From NCBI RefSeq assembly GCF_036321535.1, contig NC_087437.1:86492001-86552000 (forward strand): a stretch of 60,000 nucleotides of DNA. Direction: 5' to 3'. How positions within the stretch are numbered: position 1 is the first letter of the stretch; each line of letters opens with the position of its first letter. The stretch comes from Camelus dromedarius. Lineage: Eukaryota. The notes beneath the pieces were generated by a model. It had not been told where the DNA came from and searched no databases. It saw only the letters and a program-made list of their open reading frames with translations. The position numbers and the translations under genes are program-made. Positions 12,403-26,020 of the stretch are shown here, one piece after another.

Positions 12403-12835
12403 TGTGATGATATATATTGGTAGCTGTCTTCTGCATACTATTCAGAGCCACAGCCACACGGGAAGCTGAACTGTAGGGACCATGTCACCTGGCTCCCTTG
12501 CTGTCTGTCCCCTCACTGGTTAGGTGAGGACAGTGGGGAAAACCAGTTGGAGACAGGGAGTAGGGAGGAAAGATGACTTTGGTGATCTGTTCCCCTTGTT
12601 CTCTTCCTGTGGGGTTGCTGAGGGTGGCTGCTGTCCACCCAGCCCCTCTTGGTCACCACTCACTCCCCTGCAGACCTAGGATTGCTAATGCTTCTCCTGA
12701 CATGGCTAGGGTAACTGCCTTATCCCTTCTGGCTTTTCCACCCCTGCCCATACATTTATGAAGTCCTTTTTATTAAGCTCCCCTTAAACTATCCTAATTT
12801 GAATGTGCCATCTGTTTTCTGTGGGATCCAAAAGT
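12403..12835 (+). mobile_element. Ancient ERVL-class solo LTR (LTR33-like)
   Basis: Starts TGTG. 3' part TTTATTAAGCTCCCCTTAAACTATCCTAATTTGAATGTGCCATCTGTTTTCTG is typical of the LTR33/LTR16 group. Confidence 0.6.
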
Positions 12836-14329
12836 ATATTAGGATTTCCAGCTGTGGCTTTCATTTTGGAATTCTGGTTTGACCCTGGAAGCCTCAGCGT
12901 TCTCACCTCAGAAACTGAGTGTCTACTTGGAAAAGAAATTAGCATGCTACTGGAGGCTCTGGGAGATTGAGCAAAGGCTGTAGAACAAGAGTTTTCTCAC
13001 ATTCTTTTCTACCTAAATAATAAAATGTATGCTTCACTGAAATGAAATATAGAACTGACATTCCAGAATGTACTTGAAAACTAAACAATTCTTCAAGGTA
13101 TACTTGGAATTAAACTAAGGAATGAGGTGGCAGCTGCAGCCTTGAAGTCAATACATTTGGACCTGACTTTAAATTGATGCCACAGAAGCATTTGGCTTCG
13201 TGTCGCTGGCAATAGCATTAAGTCCTAGTGCACTTAAGAGCTTCAGGTTTCTAATAAGCATTTTCTTCAAAGCAGTGGCTTGATTTGCTCTGTGATTTTT
13301 GTCAAGTGCATATCATATCAAAGGATATTTGCCAAAGGCTTTCTTCAGCCACAAAAAGGGGAGTTTTGTTTGAAGAAAGTCAAATTGCACTGACTGGCCC
13401 CCACTGGGAAGATGAAAGGAATGACTGGATTTCCTGTTACTCTGTTGTTGTTGTTTGTATCCTTCAAATATTTTAATCAACATGAAAGGACTTGTCACAC
13501 TGTGAGAGCAGTGCAATTTGAGAAAGCCATTCAGAGGCCGCCAAACAGATTCACAGCTACTAAAGTATTTGTCTGTGGTGTCAAAGACTAGATTTATGAG
13601 AGATAATTACTAAGGGCCACCAGTATGCCAGGCATGGAAAGATGGTCAGGAGATTATTTTCCAAATGGATTTCTCTACTGTAGATTCTTGGTATGCATTA
13701 TGTATATTGAAAGAAACAACAAGATAAGTTGTAAAGGCTAATTTTGGTCTAGCATTGAGACCTTATTATGATGCAAACTATGTAAATTCTGTACATGTAC
13801 GTGGCCTAATGAATTACAACTGATAATTTCAAATTTCAAGTTAAATTGCTTTATTAATGATATGATCTATATTTTATGGTATGAAAGTGTTCATCTTTAT
13901 TGCTGTATATTGTTTTCTTGTTATATTTCTGTTAGATACATATTTATATAAAAGTAAATACATAATAGGCCCTCAATATGTTTGTTCAAGGAATGAATGA
14001 TTGGATCGTTTAGGGACATGTATTTTCTTGTTTTTGAACCCTTAAAATTCTGATTATTACAGTCATGTAATGATGCTTGTGCCCTAGGAAAAAAAAAGAA
14101 GAAAATGGAAAAAAAAAAAGAAAAAAGTACTATCATCATTGTGTTTGTTGTGATTTATACTTGCCAGTTGGGAAATTAAGTATATAGAATATTCTTATTC
14201 AAATGAAGCAGATTTCAATTTCCTTATTGTCAGTCCTGAGGCAGGAGAGAAGTATGGCATTATACTTGCTCTCGCAAATGGATGAAATCTGTCACCCTCA
14301 ATGAGGACAAAAAGTAGAGACCACCAGCC

Positions 14330-17300
14330 CTACGCTGTATTTATTTTTATTTGAGTCTCATCTTTTCATGTTCTTTTATCTCTTTTTGTCCTGTACTTTC
14401 ATTTCTTCCTATTAATTTTAAAATTATACAATAAGTTTAATCATATTCCTCAGTTTATGGGACCTGCCCAACACTGTTCTGAACAAGGTCCCTCCCCTAT
14501 TTTGCTTATTGATGCATTTCTTTTATTCCCATTTTCAACCCCTCCTCCACAAAAGGCAAGAGTAGTGTGTATCTTTCTGTTCATACAGTCTTATAATATG
14601 TATTGCTGTTTCACATGCATCTATTTCTAACTTATGTAAATGGTATTGGACTAGGTCTCATTCTTGTTCTTATTACCATTGTCACTCGTTGACATGTTTT
14701 AAGAGTTCTCTTTGTGGTTATGTGTAATATAGTCACCATAGTGTGCATTTACCAGGTGTAACCTACCCCCTTCCTCAGTGGTGTCTCCTATAATGTCTGC
14801 AGCCTTCTGTCCCACGTACAAAGCTACAAGATCCCTGTGAACATATGTGAGGAGCTCTTTGACATATACATACAAACAGGGTTGCTGGGTTACAGGTTAT
14901 ATACATGTTTAATTTAAATAAGTGTTAACATGTTGCTTCCTGAATGTCTACACCAATCCATGTTCCTACCTGCAGTTCCTGAGGATTCTCATATTCCCAC
15001 AAATCTGCCAACACTTGACATTATCTAGCTTGCTAATTTTTGTTGGTATAGGTGTAAAATATATAGGCATGTAAAATACATCTCATTGTTTTTGATATCT
15101 CATTGCTCTACCACACATTTTCCTGATTACTAATGGGTCTGAATATCTCCTCGTATGTTAGCTGGCCTTTTAGACTACCTCCTCTGTACATTGCTGGAAC
15201 AAATACTTTGCTCAGTTTCAATTGGAATTGATATCTTTTCCTTTTCAATTTTCTCATTATGGTCTATGCATTAGAAACTTAATAGTTTTAGACATTGAAA
15301 ATTTCTTACAGTCTTCCATTTCTCTCTGATCTTCATTTCTTCATTTTCTCTGATCTTCATGAAGTCATTCCTTGAGCAAAGTCCTTGAGTTTGTTGTAAT
15401 AAGTTGTGGGCTTTTTTGTGTGTGTGGTTTTAGGTTTTGTTTAAAAAGTTATTCCCCACCAAATGTCCCCGATTTATCCTTCCATGTTATCTGTTATTAA
15501 TTTTATAGTTTTTCATTACATATTTGAGTCTTTAGTATATTTGGAGTCTACATTTATATGTGGTGTGAATGGTGATTGCTATTGATTGAATGTTTGTGTC
15601 CCTCCCAAATTCATATGTTGAAATCCTCATCCCCAATGTGGAAATGTTAGGAGGTGTGACCTTTGAGAGGTGGCTAGGTCATGAGAGTAGAGCCCTTATG
15701 AATGAGATTAGTGCATTAATGAACAAGACCCCACAGAGCTCCTTTACCCGTCCCCCACGTGGGGACATGACAAGACGATGGCTGTCTCTTACCAGGAAGC
15801 AGGCTTTCACCAGACAGTGAGTCTGTTGGTGGCATGATCTTCAACCTCGTAGCTTCAAAAACTGTGAGAAATTTCTGTTGTTTTAGGCCACCCAGTCTAT
15901 GGTATTCTTTTATAATAGCCTGGGTAGATGAAGACAGAGATTCAGTTTTATTTTTCTCCATGTAGTGACATTTTCCCCAACTCCTTCTATTCAACAATCT
16001 ACCATTTGTCCATTGGTTGTGCTGCCACTTTTATCATATATTTCTGGTCGTGGATCAGTATAAGCTATCTTCTTCCATAGAATCATTGTTCTTGTGCCAT
16101 AATATATTGCCACTGTGGAGATATATATATACACACACATGTTTAACTAAGGCCGGATGGAATGAACTAATACCTGATATGCCAAATTTCCTTTTTCTCT
16201 TCTTTTTAATACAGATTTTGCTATTTGTGAACCTTTGTTTTCCATATAAATTTTAGAATAAATGTGTCACATTTCTCAAAAATTTCTTTTAGATTAAGAA
16301 TGTACTGAATTTATAGGGGATACCTGACATCTTTTATACTTTTAAGCTGTCTCACCCAAGGGCATGGTCTATCTCTCCATCCATTCAGCTTATCTATGCC
16401 AGAAAATTTCCCCCTGGAGTCTTGAGTATTTGTGTTTAAAGTAAGTCCTAGAAATATACAGTGTTTAGGTAGTATCTCATTCTTACTATAGTTTCTAATT
16501 GTTATTGTTTGTATCTGAAGAGATCCTATTGAATTTTGCAATTTAATTTTATATCAGGAAATCTATGTCAACTTTTTTTAGTTCTAATAGTTTGGTCTAT
16601 TGATTTTGTTGATTGCCTTGCAGGAAAATCACCCACTGCAAGTGTTGATAGTTAATAGTATTTATTTTTGACTGGTTACAGATGTATATCTTCTTTTTCT
16701 TTTCTTTGATTCTTGCTTTCTAGATTACATATATTATCAAGGCATTTGATAATGTTCAATATAAAATTTTTATAACCATCTTTATCTTCTTGTTTCAATA
16801 CTTTCTTCAAGATTGTTTTCAAGGTATCTTTAATATGGCAAATTACTCAATACTTTATATGTCTGAGAAACTTTTTAATCATTTCCTAATATTTAAAAGA
16901 TAATATAACTGGAGATAAAATTCTTAAATTAAAATCATTTCCCTTCAGTTCATTAAGGCATGAATCTTCACTGCAGAGAACCCAAGGTAGACTGATTCCT
17001 ATCCTTTTATAGATGATCTGTTGCTTTTCCTATTGGGAAGCTTTTGGAATTCTACTCTTACGTCTTTGGTATTCTTAAATATCACAATAATGTGTCGAGA
17101 AGTAAAGTTTCTTATTGTTTTTTTAAATTGCCCCAAGAACTTTCAATCTGAAGTCTCACTTTTCATTTATTCTGGGCAATTTATCTTCATTGTTTCTTCT
17201 TTCCTTTTTTACGTCTCCTATTTCAGGGATTCCTACCATCTGAAACTAGACCTTTCCGTATCTCTTTATTTTTATTTTATATTTTATATTATTTTAGTTT

Positions 17301-17700
17301 TTCTTGCTACCTTTTGGAAGATTGCCTTAATCTGATTTCTTGCTCAGTTGTTTTACTCTTAGACTCTGTCCATCATGGTGTTTGTTCAGTCTCTCAATTC
17401 TTTTAACGATTGTTGTTCTTAGACCTATGTGATCAGTTCTTCAGTTCTTGTTCCCATTTGATAAGGCTAACCTCTTCTTCATATATTTGTTATTTATTAT
17501 GCTTTAATTTTTTATTCCTCTGTTCAGCTTTAATTCATATATGTTCAATTCATTGTTTTCTTTTATGGTGGTTGTACCTGTTGTTTTGTCTTTAAGCACA
17601 TTACCCTGTGAGGTTGATTATCAGCTACTCTGCCTGGTAATGTGTATTGAAAAACACCGAGGGCTAAATGATAATTTCTGCCTCTCCTGATAAATTTTTG
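14330..17700 (-). mobile_element. Highly decayed ancient L1M, interrupted by a MaLR LTR
   Basis: T-rich antisense L1 motifs, e.g. TCTCATTGTTTTTGAT, TTTTCCATATAAATTTTAGAAT, GGGCATGGTCTATCTCTCCATCCATTCAG. Confidence 0.65.
15577..15936 (+). mobile_element. MaLR solo LTR (MLT1A-like)
   Basis: TG...CA ends. TGAATGTTTGTGTCCCTCCCAAATTCATATGTTGAAATCC and CCACCCAGTCTATGGTATTCTTTTATAATAGCC motifs. Imperfect 5-bp TSD GTGAT/GAGAT. Confidence 0.9.
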
Positions 17701-18307
17701 GAAATGGAAAGGGGTGAGGCTCAAGGTAGAGAATTTTAGACACTATAGAACTGCCATTGTTCACTCTTGGTTATCATCATCAGATGTGGACCACTGATGA
17801 TAAGAAACATTTGCTTATTGTCAGCCTGCTTCTGTGGTCAGGCACTCACTTTTAACTCTTGGGAAGAAAGGGAGAAAGCAGTCTCCTTAGTTTGTAATTC
17901 AGTAGTTCTGGGGATAAGAAGGCATTAAAGAATGAATGATGGAGGCCAGAAGGTCAGCTTGGACCTGTTTGAGTCCACTTCTCACCCTATCAGGGCTTTT
18001 GCAGCACCATGAGATTCTTCTGTGGTAGCCCAATCTGTTATCAGCGTATGGCTTCTATAGCCAAATGGCAAGTCATGATTTTCCCAAACTGACACAGAAG
18101 AAAGGAAAGGGCAAAATGTAAATATTTTCCTGACCACAATGACCAGCTCAGGACAATTGTAGTTTCCTTCGTGCTTTTTTTTGCAGGTTTTGTTGTGGCT
18201 ACTTGTTTTTGTTTGTTCACCTAATGCACTCTTTCTTGTAATTTCTGTAATTTTTCAGAGGAATCCAGTAGAAACTTTTTGATGCTTTCTCTGTCCTCTG
18301 TCCATTT

Positions 18308-18392
18308 ATTCTCTCTCTCCCTGTCTCTCCTCTCCCTTCCCTTCCTTGCCTTCCCCTTCCTTTCTTTTCCCTTTTCTTCCTTTCTCTTCCCC
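18308..18392. repeat. Pyrimidine-rich low-complexity repeat (CT/CCCTT)
   Basis: Seen directly. Confidence 0.85.
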
Positions 18393-20367
18393 AAACATTG
18401 GATAGAAGAAACAGTAAAGTGAGGTAAAATAAGGACTGGAGTTAGCAGCAGCAAACTATTACTTTTCTCTTCTGCCCACCTACAGTTTTCTTATATGTTC
18501 AGAAACCAGGATCAAAGTTTGAAATGTCCCCAAGAAATTGCTCAGTTTTCTTCTACTGAAGGTGTTTGTCCAAGGAGACAAGTTGTCATTGACATAGGCG
18601 ATGTTTAAGAAATTTACTTATTCATTGGTTCTTTCTTAAAAAAATCTTTGTGAACTTTTTCTGTCTGTGGTTATTCTGTTGTCATTTTCTTTACCATTTC
18701 CTGAGTTTAATTACTTCCATATTCTATATAGCTCATATGATCCCAAAGTTTTCAGACCCCTAGAGTTTCCAGTTGCAATTGGCTAAAGTATAGTTTTTCT
18801 TAGCGTTACTTAAGAATTGCTCAAATATTCTTGGGAGAAGTTCAGTTCTGTCTGTTTTCTTCATAAAATCCAGAATTCTCAAGAAATGATTAGCCATTGT
18901 CATATTTTTAATGACAACTTCCATCCTTCTTAGAAAAGGACAGTTAACTGTGGTTTTCTCTGGATGGGATTAAAGATGAACTTTTTCCCAGTTCTTTTAG
19001 GTTTTCTGAATTTTGAAATTTTCCCTGGTGAACTAGTTTAATAATAAAACATGTAAGAAAAGGTGTTTAAAATGAGAAAGGATTAAAAAGTAATAAAGCA
19101 TTAAGAAATGCCTAAAACTTTGGAAACTATTAGTAAACTCTGTTATCATTCTATATTTCTCCAAATTCAATGACTTGATCATTTAGACATCTGGAAGCAA
19201 AATTTCTTTTCAAGTTACTCTCTCTATAAAATCTATATGAATTTCTTTCTAATATTTCATATATTACAGAATATTTATTAAATGTAAGATAAAAAACAGA
19301 TAATATCATAATATCTGGTTCCTGGAAAAGATTTAATCATAGTTAATAATAGCAGAGGTTTTCACCTTTACCCTGGGACCAACATATGGAATTGTTTGTT
19401 AAAAATCAGCTAGTGCAGTATGGTGCCCATACATCAGGCTTTTTTTTTTTTTTTCTTGCAACAACAATGGAAACCAATAAAAAAAAAAATCTTCCAAAAA
19501 TTTTACATACAGAAGGGGAAATAAGATTTTCTCTTGGAACTTCAGAGTGAAAATTGTCATCCAAAGTACTGGAGTTAATGCATCAAAAAATGTTCTTTTT
19601 AGCTATTAAAGGGTTTTGTCTCTTGAACTCCCAAACTAAAAAACACAGTTGGACTGCTCCATAAAACCAAAATGGTTCTGCAATGAGGAGTGGCAACTAT
19701 TTAAAGCATATGTCTCCTTTGGTGTAGATACATATAACACTTTCATTTGCACATACATTGCTAATGTTTTACTGTGAAACCTTGTATTTCTTCACACATT
19801 TGGTTAACCATATGCCTTTGATGACAAGCCAATCTTAAAACATAGCTTCCTATAGGGTATGAGAAGTCTAATTAAGCTAAAATTTTAGATTAAATCTGTA
19901 ATGCATTTTGATTTCTCATGAGGTTCTAATCCAGGTTACAAAATGTTTCCAGATGTATTGTCTGGTTCCAGATCAATTTTTATGTATGTGCAGAAATCCT
20001 AATGCTTAAATTACAAAAAATATAATATTTATATTCTTTGTTGTGAAATTTCCATTTGGGACATCATATTGAAATTATTAAGATCACGGGTAGTTGTACA
20101 GAGTAATTTTTGAAATTTTGCATTTGTATTCAAAATTAGTGACCATAATCTTTGAAAATACAGGCCAGATAAAACAGTCTTAGAGATTTACGTTATTTAA
20201 ATCTACTCTAATTTTCTATTGTATCTTCAATAGAAAGATACAATAGAATCAGTGCAGAGATGCATTGCACTGTGAGAGACAACTGGGGGAGGGAGCTGGA
20301 ACAACAAATTTGTAATTTTAGGCAAGCAATCTTTGCAGCTAATTCTTAAATTCTGAATGCTCCGTAC

Positions 20368-20760
20368 ATTCATTTGTTCACTTATTTAAGACTAGGTCAG
20401 ATATGATGCTGGAGGTTAGGAACATAAAGATGAATGGAAGAATGTTCTGAAAGAGCTCGCAGCCTAGTGGAGGAGTCAGAAACATAAACGCATCTTCAGA
20501 GATGTGTAGGATGTTACAAAATAAATACTGAGGGGAAAAAACTCTAGGCAGAAAATTCAGTGTTAGCCAGGATATGAGTGTGGTAACAACATGGCTGATT
20601 TCAAGCAGTTTTTTGTCTCTAGTGAGTAAGATGTAATGTCAGTAGTGGCAATAGATCAGGATAGAAAATTGGTCAGCAAAAAAGTGCAAGGCCTTTCCTG
20701 CTGGCCTTGAGGTTTTCCTGTAATGGGAAGCAAGGCAAATGCCTTTAAGAGAGTATAGTA
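20368..20760 (-). mobile_element. L2 fragment
   Basis: ATTCATTTGTTCACTTATTTAAG...GAGCTCGCAGCCTAGTGGAGGAG, antisense L2 3' region. Confidence 0.6.
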
Positions 20761-20889
20761 ATTTGGACCGAACAGAAAAGCATTTAGGTTGTAAAGACGC
20801 TGGACTCACCTACAGCTAAGCTCATCCCTGTGCCGTGACATGGGAACATCCTCAAGAAAAGTAAGTGCTTATGGTCATCATACTAAATC

Positions 20890-21375
20890 CAAAAGAATGT
20901 TTATTAAAACTTTATTCATAATGGCCTCAAACTGAAACAACTAGAAACTCTATCAACAGGACAATGGATAAATACATTGAGGCATATTCATACAGTAGAA
21001 TACATCAATGGAAAAGAACAAACTAGAATAACTACATGGATACATTTTCACAGATGCAACTATATGGATGAATCTCAGAGACACAATGTGGAGCAAATGA
21101 GTCAGACAAAATAGAACATACTGTGTAATCCCATTTTTATAAAGTTCACGAATAGTGAAAACATATCTTTTTTGATAGAAGTTAGGTTAGTTTTGGGGAG
21201 GATAGTGACTGTGAGGGGGTATGAGGGAGCTATAGGATGCTGAAGATGTTTAAAATTCTGTCAGTAATTACATGGATGTATACATATGCAAAATTCATAA
21301 ATTCATTGTGCTATACATTTAAGATGTGAACTTTCCCCCATGTAGTCTACATTTTAGTACAAATTAAAAAAACAA
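20890..21375 (+). mobile_element. Old L1M 3' end (L1MC/MD-like)
   Basis: AAGAATGTTTATTAAAACTTTATTCATAATGGCC...ATGGATGAATCTCAGAGACACAATGTGGAG...A-rich tail. Confidence 0.8.
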
Positions 21376-21382
21376 CATTCTA

Positions 21383-21512
21383 GGTTGGAGGATACAGCTT
21401 AGTGGCAGAAGGCATGATTAGCATGCACAAGTCCTGGGTTCAACCTCCAGTATCTCCATTAAAAAAAAAAAAAAAATAAACAACCAAGTTACCTCCTCCC
21501 CAACAAAAAAAA
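21383..21512 (+). mobile_element. Camelid tRNA-derived SINE (Vic-1-like)
   Basis: GGAGGATACAGCTTAGTGGCAGAAGGCATGATTAGCATGCACAAGTCCTGGGTTCAACCTCCAGTATCTCC with Pol III A/B boxes, then an A-tract and the AATAAAC..TTACCTCC tail. Confidence 0.85.
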
Positions 21513-21599
21513 TTCTCGTCAGTTGAAATTATTGGAATTAACTGGGAAATTAGTCTACTTTTTCCTTTTGTATTTTGTTTGTGCTTGTGTGAGTATGTG

Positions 21600-21760
21600 T
21601 CATAATAGAATGAACATTGGATTTTGACTCAAAATAATTGGATTTAAACCATAGCTCAGCTTAGTAGCTGTGAGATTTTGTGCAAATAATTTAGCCTCTT
21701 GAAGTTTCATTTTTCTCTATGTAAAATGGAGATAATAATTATTTTCATAAGATTACTAAA
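21600..21760 (+). mobile_element. MIR SINE
   Basis: GGATTTAAACCATAGCTCAGCTTAGTAGCTGTGAGATTTTGTGCAAATAATTTAGCCTCTTG...TGTAAAATGGAGATAATAA. Confidence 0.75.
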
Positions 21761-21959
21761 AAAGACACAATTTTAGTCTTTTTGAAAATAGAGTTAGCCC
21801 AGGGTGAGGGAGGAAAGTGAAACTTCTCCAAAATTTGCCAAGGATAATTTACACTGGATAAAAGATACAAGATAATTTAATTTATCTTAAAAATGTGTTT
21901 CTTTGTTTCCTATCTTCCTAAGGTGAACAATTTTTTCTTTTCTTTCTTCTTTCATTTTT

Positions 21960-23150
21960 TTTTCAGTAACATTAATCTTAAGAAACTCATCCAAAGAGGA
22001 TGATAGAATTTGAATTACTCAGTTGTTTTGCCCAACATCACATATAAAATTTACTTAAAATAACAGTATTAATGTCAACACTACTAAGTGAACTGACTGA
22101 AAATAACTAAAAATATTTTTTGCGTTTGTTTTTCTCATTTTCCCATTTTCTTATAAGTGATACTTTATCTACATTGTCAGGGCATATAGAAATTACATAC
22201 TGCACTTCATGCCTTTTAACTAGTCAGTCGTATTTCTACATGTAACTGTATATTTAATGTTCACAATCAGTCCTTATATCAGTATCTCTTTAGTCATTTT
22301 GGTTGTTTGAAACTGTTTTCTAGTAGTGTCCTCAGAAAGAGCTCAAAGGAACATTATTCCTTGAATTCTTGCACATTGATATCAGATGAATTTATATTTG
22401 AAAGTTGGTTTTGCTGGATATACAATCTTCAGTTCACATTTGTTTTCCTTTGCTAGCATCATATGTTTTACCTTAATATCTGAAAATGTTTCTTTTTCTT
22501 TAAAGCCTGGTAATTTTACTAGAATATATCTTGGTGTTTGATATTTGATAGTCTCACATATGAGGTGCACTCTTTCAATATGTAGTTACAAACATATTTT
22601 ATTTAAGTTTCTGAAAAGTTTCTTAGAATATAGTTTCTAGTATTTGTCTTATACCCTTGCTTTTTCTTTTTCAGGATTTCCTGTTATCTGTTGGATATTA
22701 TCTGTCTTCTATAATCATGACTTTCTCTTAATCCTGTTTATCACTTCATTTCCTTTGATCTTCTACTTATAATAAGGCATTACATGTTATATTCATTGCT
22801 TTTGTAGTCTTCTTAGTTTAGCTTTCATTTCTGAATGATGGTTTTATTTTTTATTCTTTCCAAAGGTCTAGCTCATTTATTTTTCCTAATTCAGATTTAT
22901 GTTATTTTATCTTTATATAATGTTGATTTTAATATTGTTTAGCTACTTTTGAAATAGTGAATTAAAATTTACATTTGTTATAATTAGTATCATAGCTTAC
23001 ATTATGTTCATTGTGGGGATATTACTGTTTCTTTTCTCTTTTTTTCCCCATAAAACACTTTCATATAGAATTCACTATGAACCTTATTTGTTGCTCAATT
23101 TTTTGGATAAAATTAGTTTTCCTTACTTTTAGAAAGGTTTACTTTACTGA
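21960..23150 (-). mobile_element. Ancient L1M ORF1-region remnant
   Basis: Minus-strand ORF 22382-22570 has TPRYILVKL..KEK and KIVYPAKPTFK, resembling L1 ORF1p C-terminal motifs. Confidence 0.65.
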
Positions 23151-24163
23151 TTTACTTGAATGCAATTAAAAATGAATTTTCTTGAATTTTAATCTTAAGT
23201 TTTAAATCTAAGTGGTTTGAATAAAGTCTTTTAAATTACTCATCATCACTGTTTCTAAACTTTTCAGTCATTCTCAGTTCAAATTGCTTTATACAGGATC
23301 CCATCCTTCTGGCTTTTTTTGTTGTTTGTTTTTTGTTTTGACATAGTCAAGGTTACTATTGCCATAAACATTGATTCATATCATACTTCATGTTAGCTTG
23401 GTCTTGTTAATACTATATCACTCTATGTTAGCAGAAGACCATCTTTATTATAATATTCAATTAGTAAACATGATGCAATACATCCATGTTGTAGTTTCTT
23501 ATATAAAGATGTGTTTTCTTCAGTCTCTTTAATAAAAGTAAAACAACCATTTACCATTAAAATAAAAGATGTGGTTTAGTATAGATTTCCTAGCTTTACA
23601 AAACTCCCTCTCCTGCCTTTTACTTTAAAAATACCTTCATAGTGTTTGACACTGTGGTGGCTTGCTTTCTGAGATTTCCTAGCTCTATTCCTCTCCCCAA
23701 CATTAATTTCAACTTTCTTATTCTTTGTTTCTGTTGGTTCTGCCCTGCATATTTATTCCATTCTCATCAGCTTCTTCTCACACAGTTGTTCTGTTTTTGT
23801 TAGGATATTTGGAGAGATTCAAAAACTATACCTCTGCCACTACCACATTCCCAAGATCCTCTTATTGGTAGAATTTTACTTATAAAACCTCAATTAATAA
23901 AGTGTGCAATGTTAGGCAGTTAAAGTTACCAGAGAGTGGCATAAGATAGAGAAGTGAAAGTAGAGAAAATGGAAAAACAGTGGGTGCACACACACACATA
24001 TAACATTAGAGACATTCTTTGAAGGAATAGAATGCAATACTAGCAGTAGAAGCATTGAATCAAGTGAAAAGAAAAGTAAAATTTGTTAAGCATTTGGACT
24101 ATAGAGGAAAACAGACAATCATCCTGCTAAAACTCACAGACTCTGTAATTTTATTTGTTTCAG

Positions 24164-24267
24164 ATTATAGCATGAGCAGTAACATTAGCAAGGAGCTGTG
24201 CTACTGCAGAAGGCTGTACTTTCCTAAAACACTTTACCTTGGAATATTGAGATGCAAGTAGGCATGA
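24164..24267 (+). other. Candidate spliced non-coding/5'UTR exon with a 29-codon uORF
   Basis: Acceptor TTTTATTTGTTTCAG| and donor TGA|GTGAGT. Non-repetitive. ATG 24172 to TAG 24261. Confidence 0.4.
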
Positions 24268-25857
24268 GTGAGTAGAAATCATTATATAGGTTGATGTATA
24301 TATTGAAACTTTTTATTTCAATTTTTTATTTGATTAGACAGGAAAGAAATTTATTTTTAACATTTTAAAAGCAATTTTATTTTTCAATCAAGTGTTCAGA
24401 TCTGTGACATTTGAAGAATACTTTTGTATGTATATAGGGAATAGAATAATATTGTCTTGACAGTGAAATAATCATTACATCAAAATTATTCTTAAAAATC
24501 CCAAACAATAATTCCACTATCATCAGATGCAGTTAATGCTCAAAATGACATTAATCTGGAGAGTGATTTATAGGGAAAAAATTTAGTTTCAGATACAAGT
24601 AGTAAAGAAAAGTTAAAATTGCTTTTCTGAATGATTTCCTATCAGAACTGAAACTATCTTAAAATCTAATGTAAAGAGTCTCCATTTTAGAATAAGTTTT
24701 CAGGATTTAGAACTTTTAATTTTTGAGCAAATCACTCTTTATGCATAGTTTCATTCTTTAAGGCACTACTAACACAGGGTTTTTTATGTGAAAAATTTTA
24801 AATAATGAGTCAGAGAGAGTACAAATTTTCATTTACCAAATATTTGCAAGGTACTGGGGATATAGTATGAAAGATGACAAAACTCCCTGACCAGCTTCCT
24901 GTGATGAAGGAAACTACATCACAGGAAGTGGTAACCAGGCTGCATTGCTGTCCACTGATGGGCCAGAGATTGTCCCCGCTTTCTAGTTCAGTGGTCCTCT
25001 GCCCTTTCTAGGATTCCAAAGAAATAAATTAGCAATAGGAAAGAGCTTATGTTACCAGCTTGTTAAATACCACAACACTTTGAATGAACCTTGCATAAAT
25101 TACAAATATAAATTGTAAATATAAATTACAAAATGCATACATAATATTTTCTAACCTTCTAACTTTCCCTTTTAACACACAGTGTTTTCAATATTGGAAA
25201 CAAAATGAAACAAAACTTGAGCTTCCCATCTAACAATGGGAATTCCAGTACATTTAGCAGAATTTCCAAGGGCTTCCAGTGTAGAAAGAGCACGTAGACC
25301 TTCTTCTCTGCACTCTGTGTTCTTGCTCTGGGTCTTCTGCTTGATTGGGTTGAGTGGTCTCCTCACTTTCTGAATGTCTTAATTCTTCAGTGCACAATGA
25401 ACATTTTTTTTTCCTGTGTAGGAAATTTTAAGTAATTAGTTAGGAATGCTGGGGGTTAATTACAAATCTAAAAAGGAAATAACTTAAAAGTTGAACATCA
25501 GACATTACTTAAATAACCATTCATTGCCTGTGCTTTGTCACAGGGAATTTCTTTCCAGGAGTTTCTCATCTGAGACTCTCTCCCATTGTGGGTTGAGGTG
25601 GTCTTTTTTCTTTCCCTCCAGACAACTTGCACCCATTTCTTGAGTCTTGTCTCCTGGGCTATCAGGGAGTTAAATGAAAAATTCTTGTTATACTACATTT
25701 AGAATAATTCTATAATTATTTTATATTCAGGGAGATCAGCCTTCCTCTCCATTCCTATCATGAATAACCAGGGATTTCTCTTTCATAATGTAAAGGTTAA
25801 TTACTGAAATAACTTCAGGCTTCAGTCAGGCTCCCCATTTTTACCAGCTGCCTATTT

Positions 25858-26020
25858 AAAAAATTTTATGGATGTATTAAAAAAATTTTTTTTTAAAATT
25901 TTGGCAGGGTGGGGGAGGTAATTAGGTTTATTTATTTTTAGAGAAGGTACTGGAGAGTAAACCCAGGACCTCATGCATGCTAAGCTTGTAGTCTATGACT
26001 TGAGTTATACCTTACCCCCT
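25858..26020 (-). mobile_element. Camelid tRNA-derived SINE (Vic-1-like)
   Basis: Antisense GGGGAGGTAATTAGGTTTATTT...GGTACTGGAGAGTAAACCCAGGACCTCATGCATGCTAAGC. Near-TSD CAGCTGCC(T)ATTT at 25845-25857 and 26022-26033. Confidence 0.85.

Noticed and set aside
17021..17595. Hydrophobic 'membrane protein' ORFs (also 29255-29446 and 58443-58730)
   Set aside because: Phe/Leu richness comes from T-rich antisense L1 or polypyrimidine tracts.
21383..21455. Bona fide tRNA gene
   Set aside because: tRNA-like head followed by an A-tract and SINE tail, with a second diverged copy at 25858-26020, so it is a SINE.
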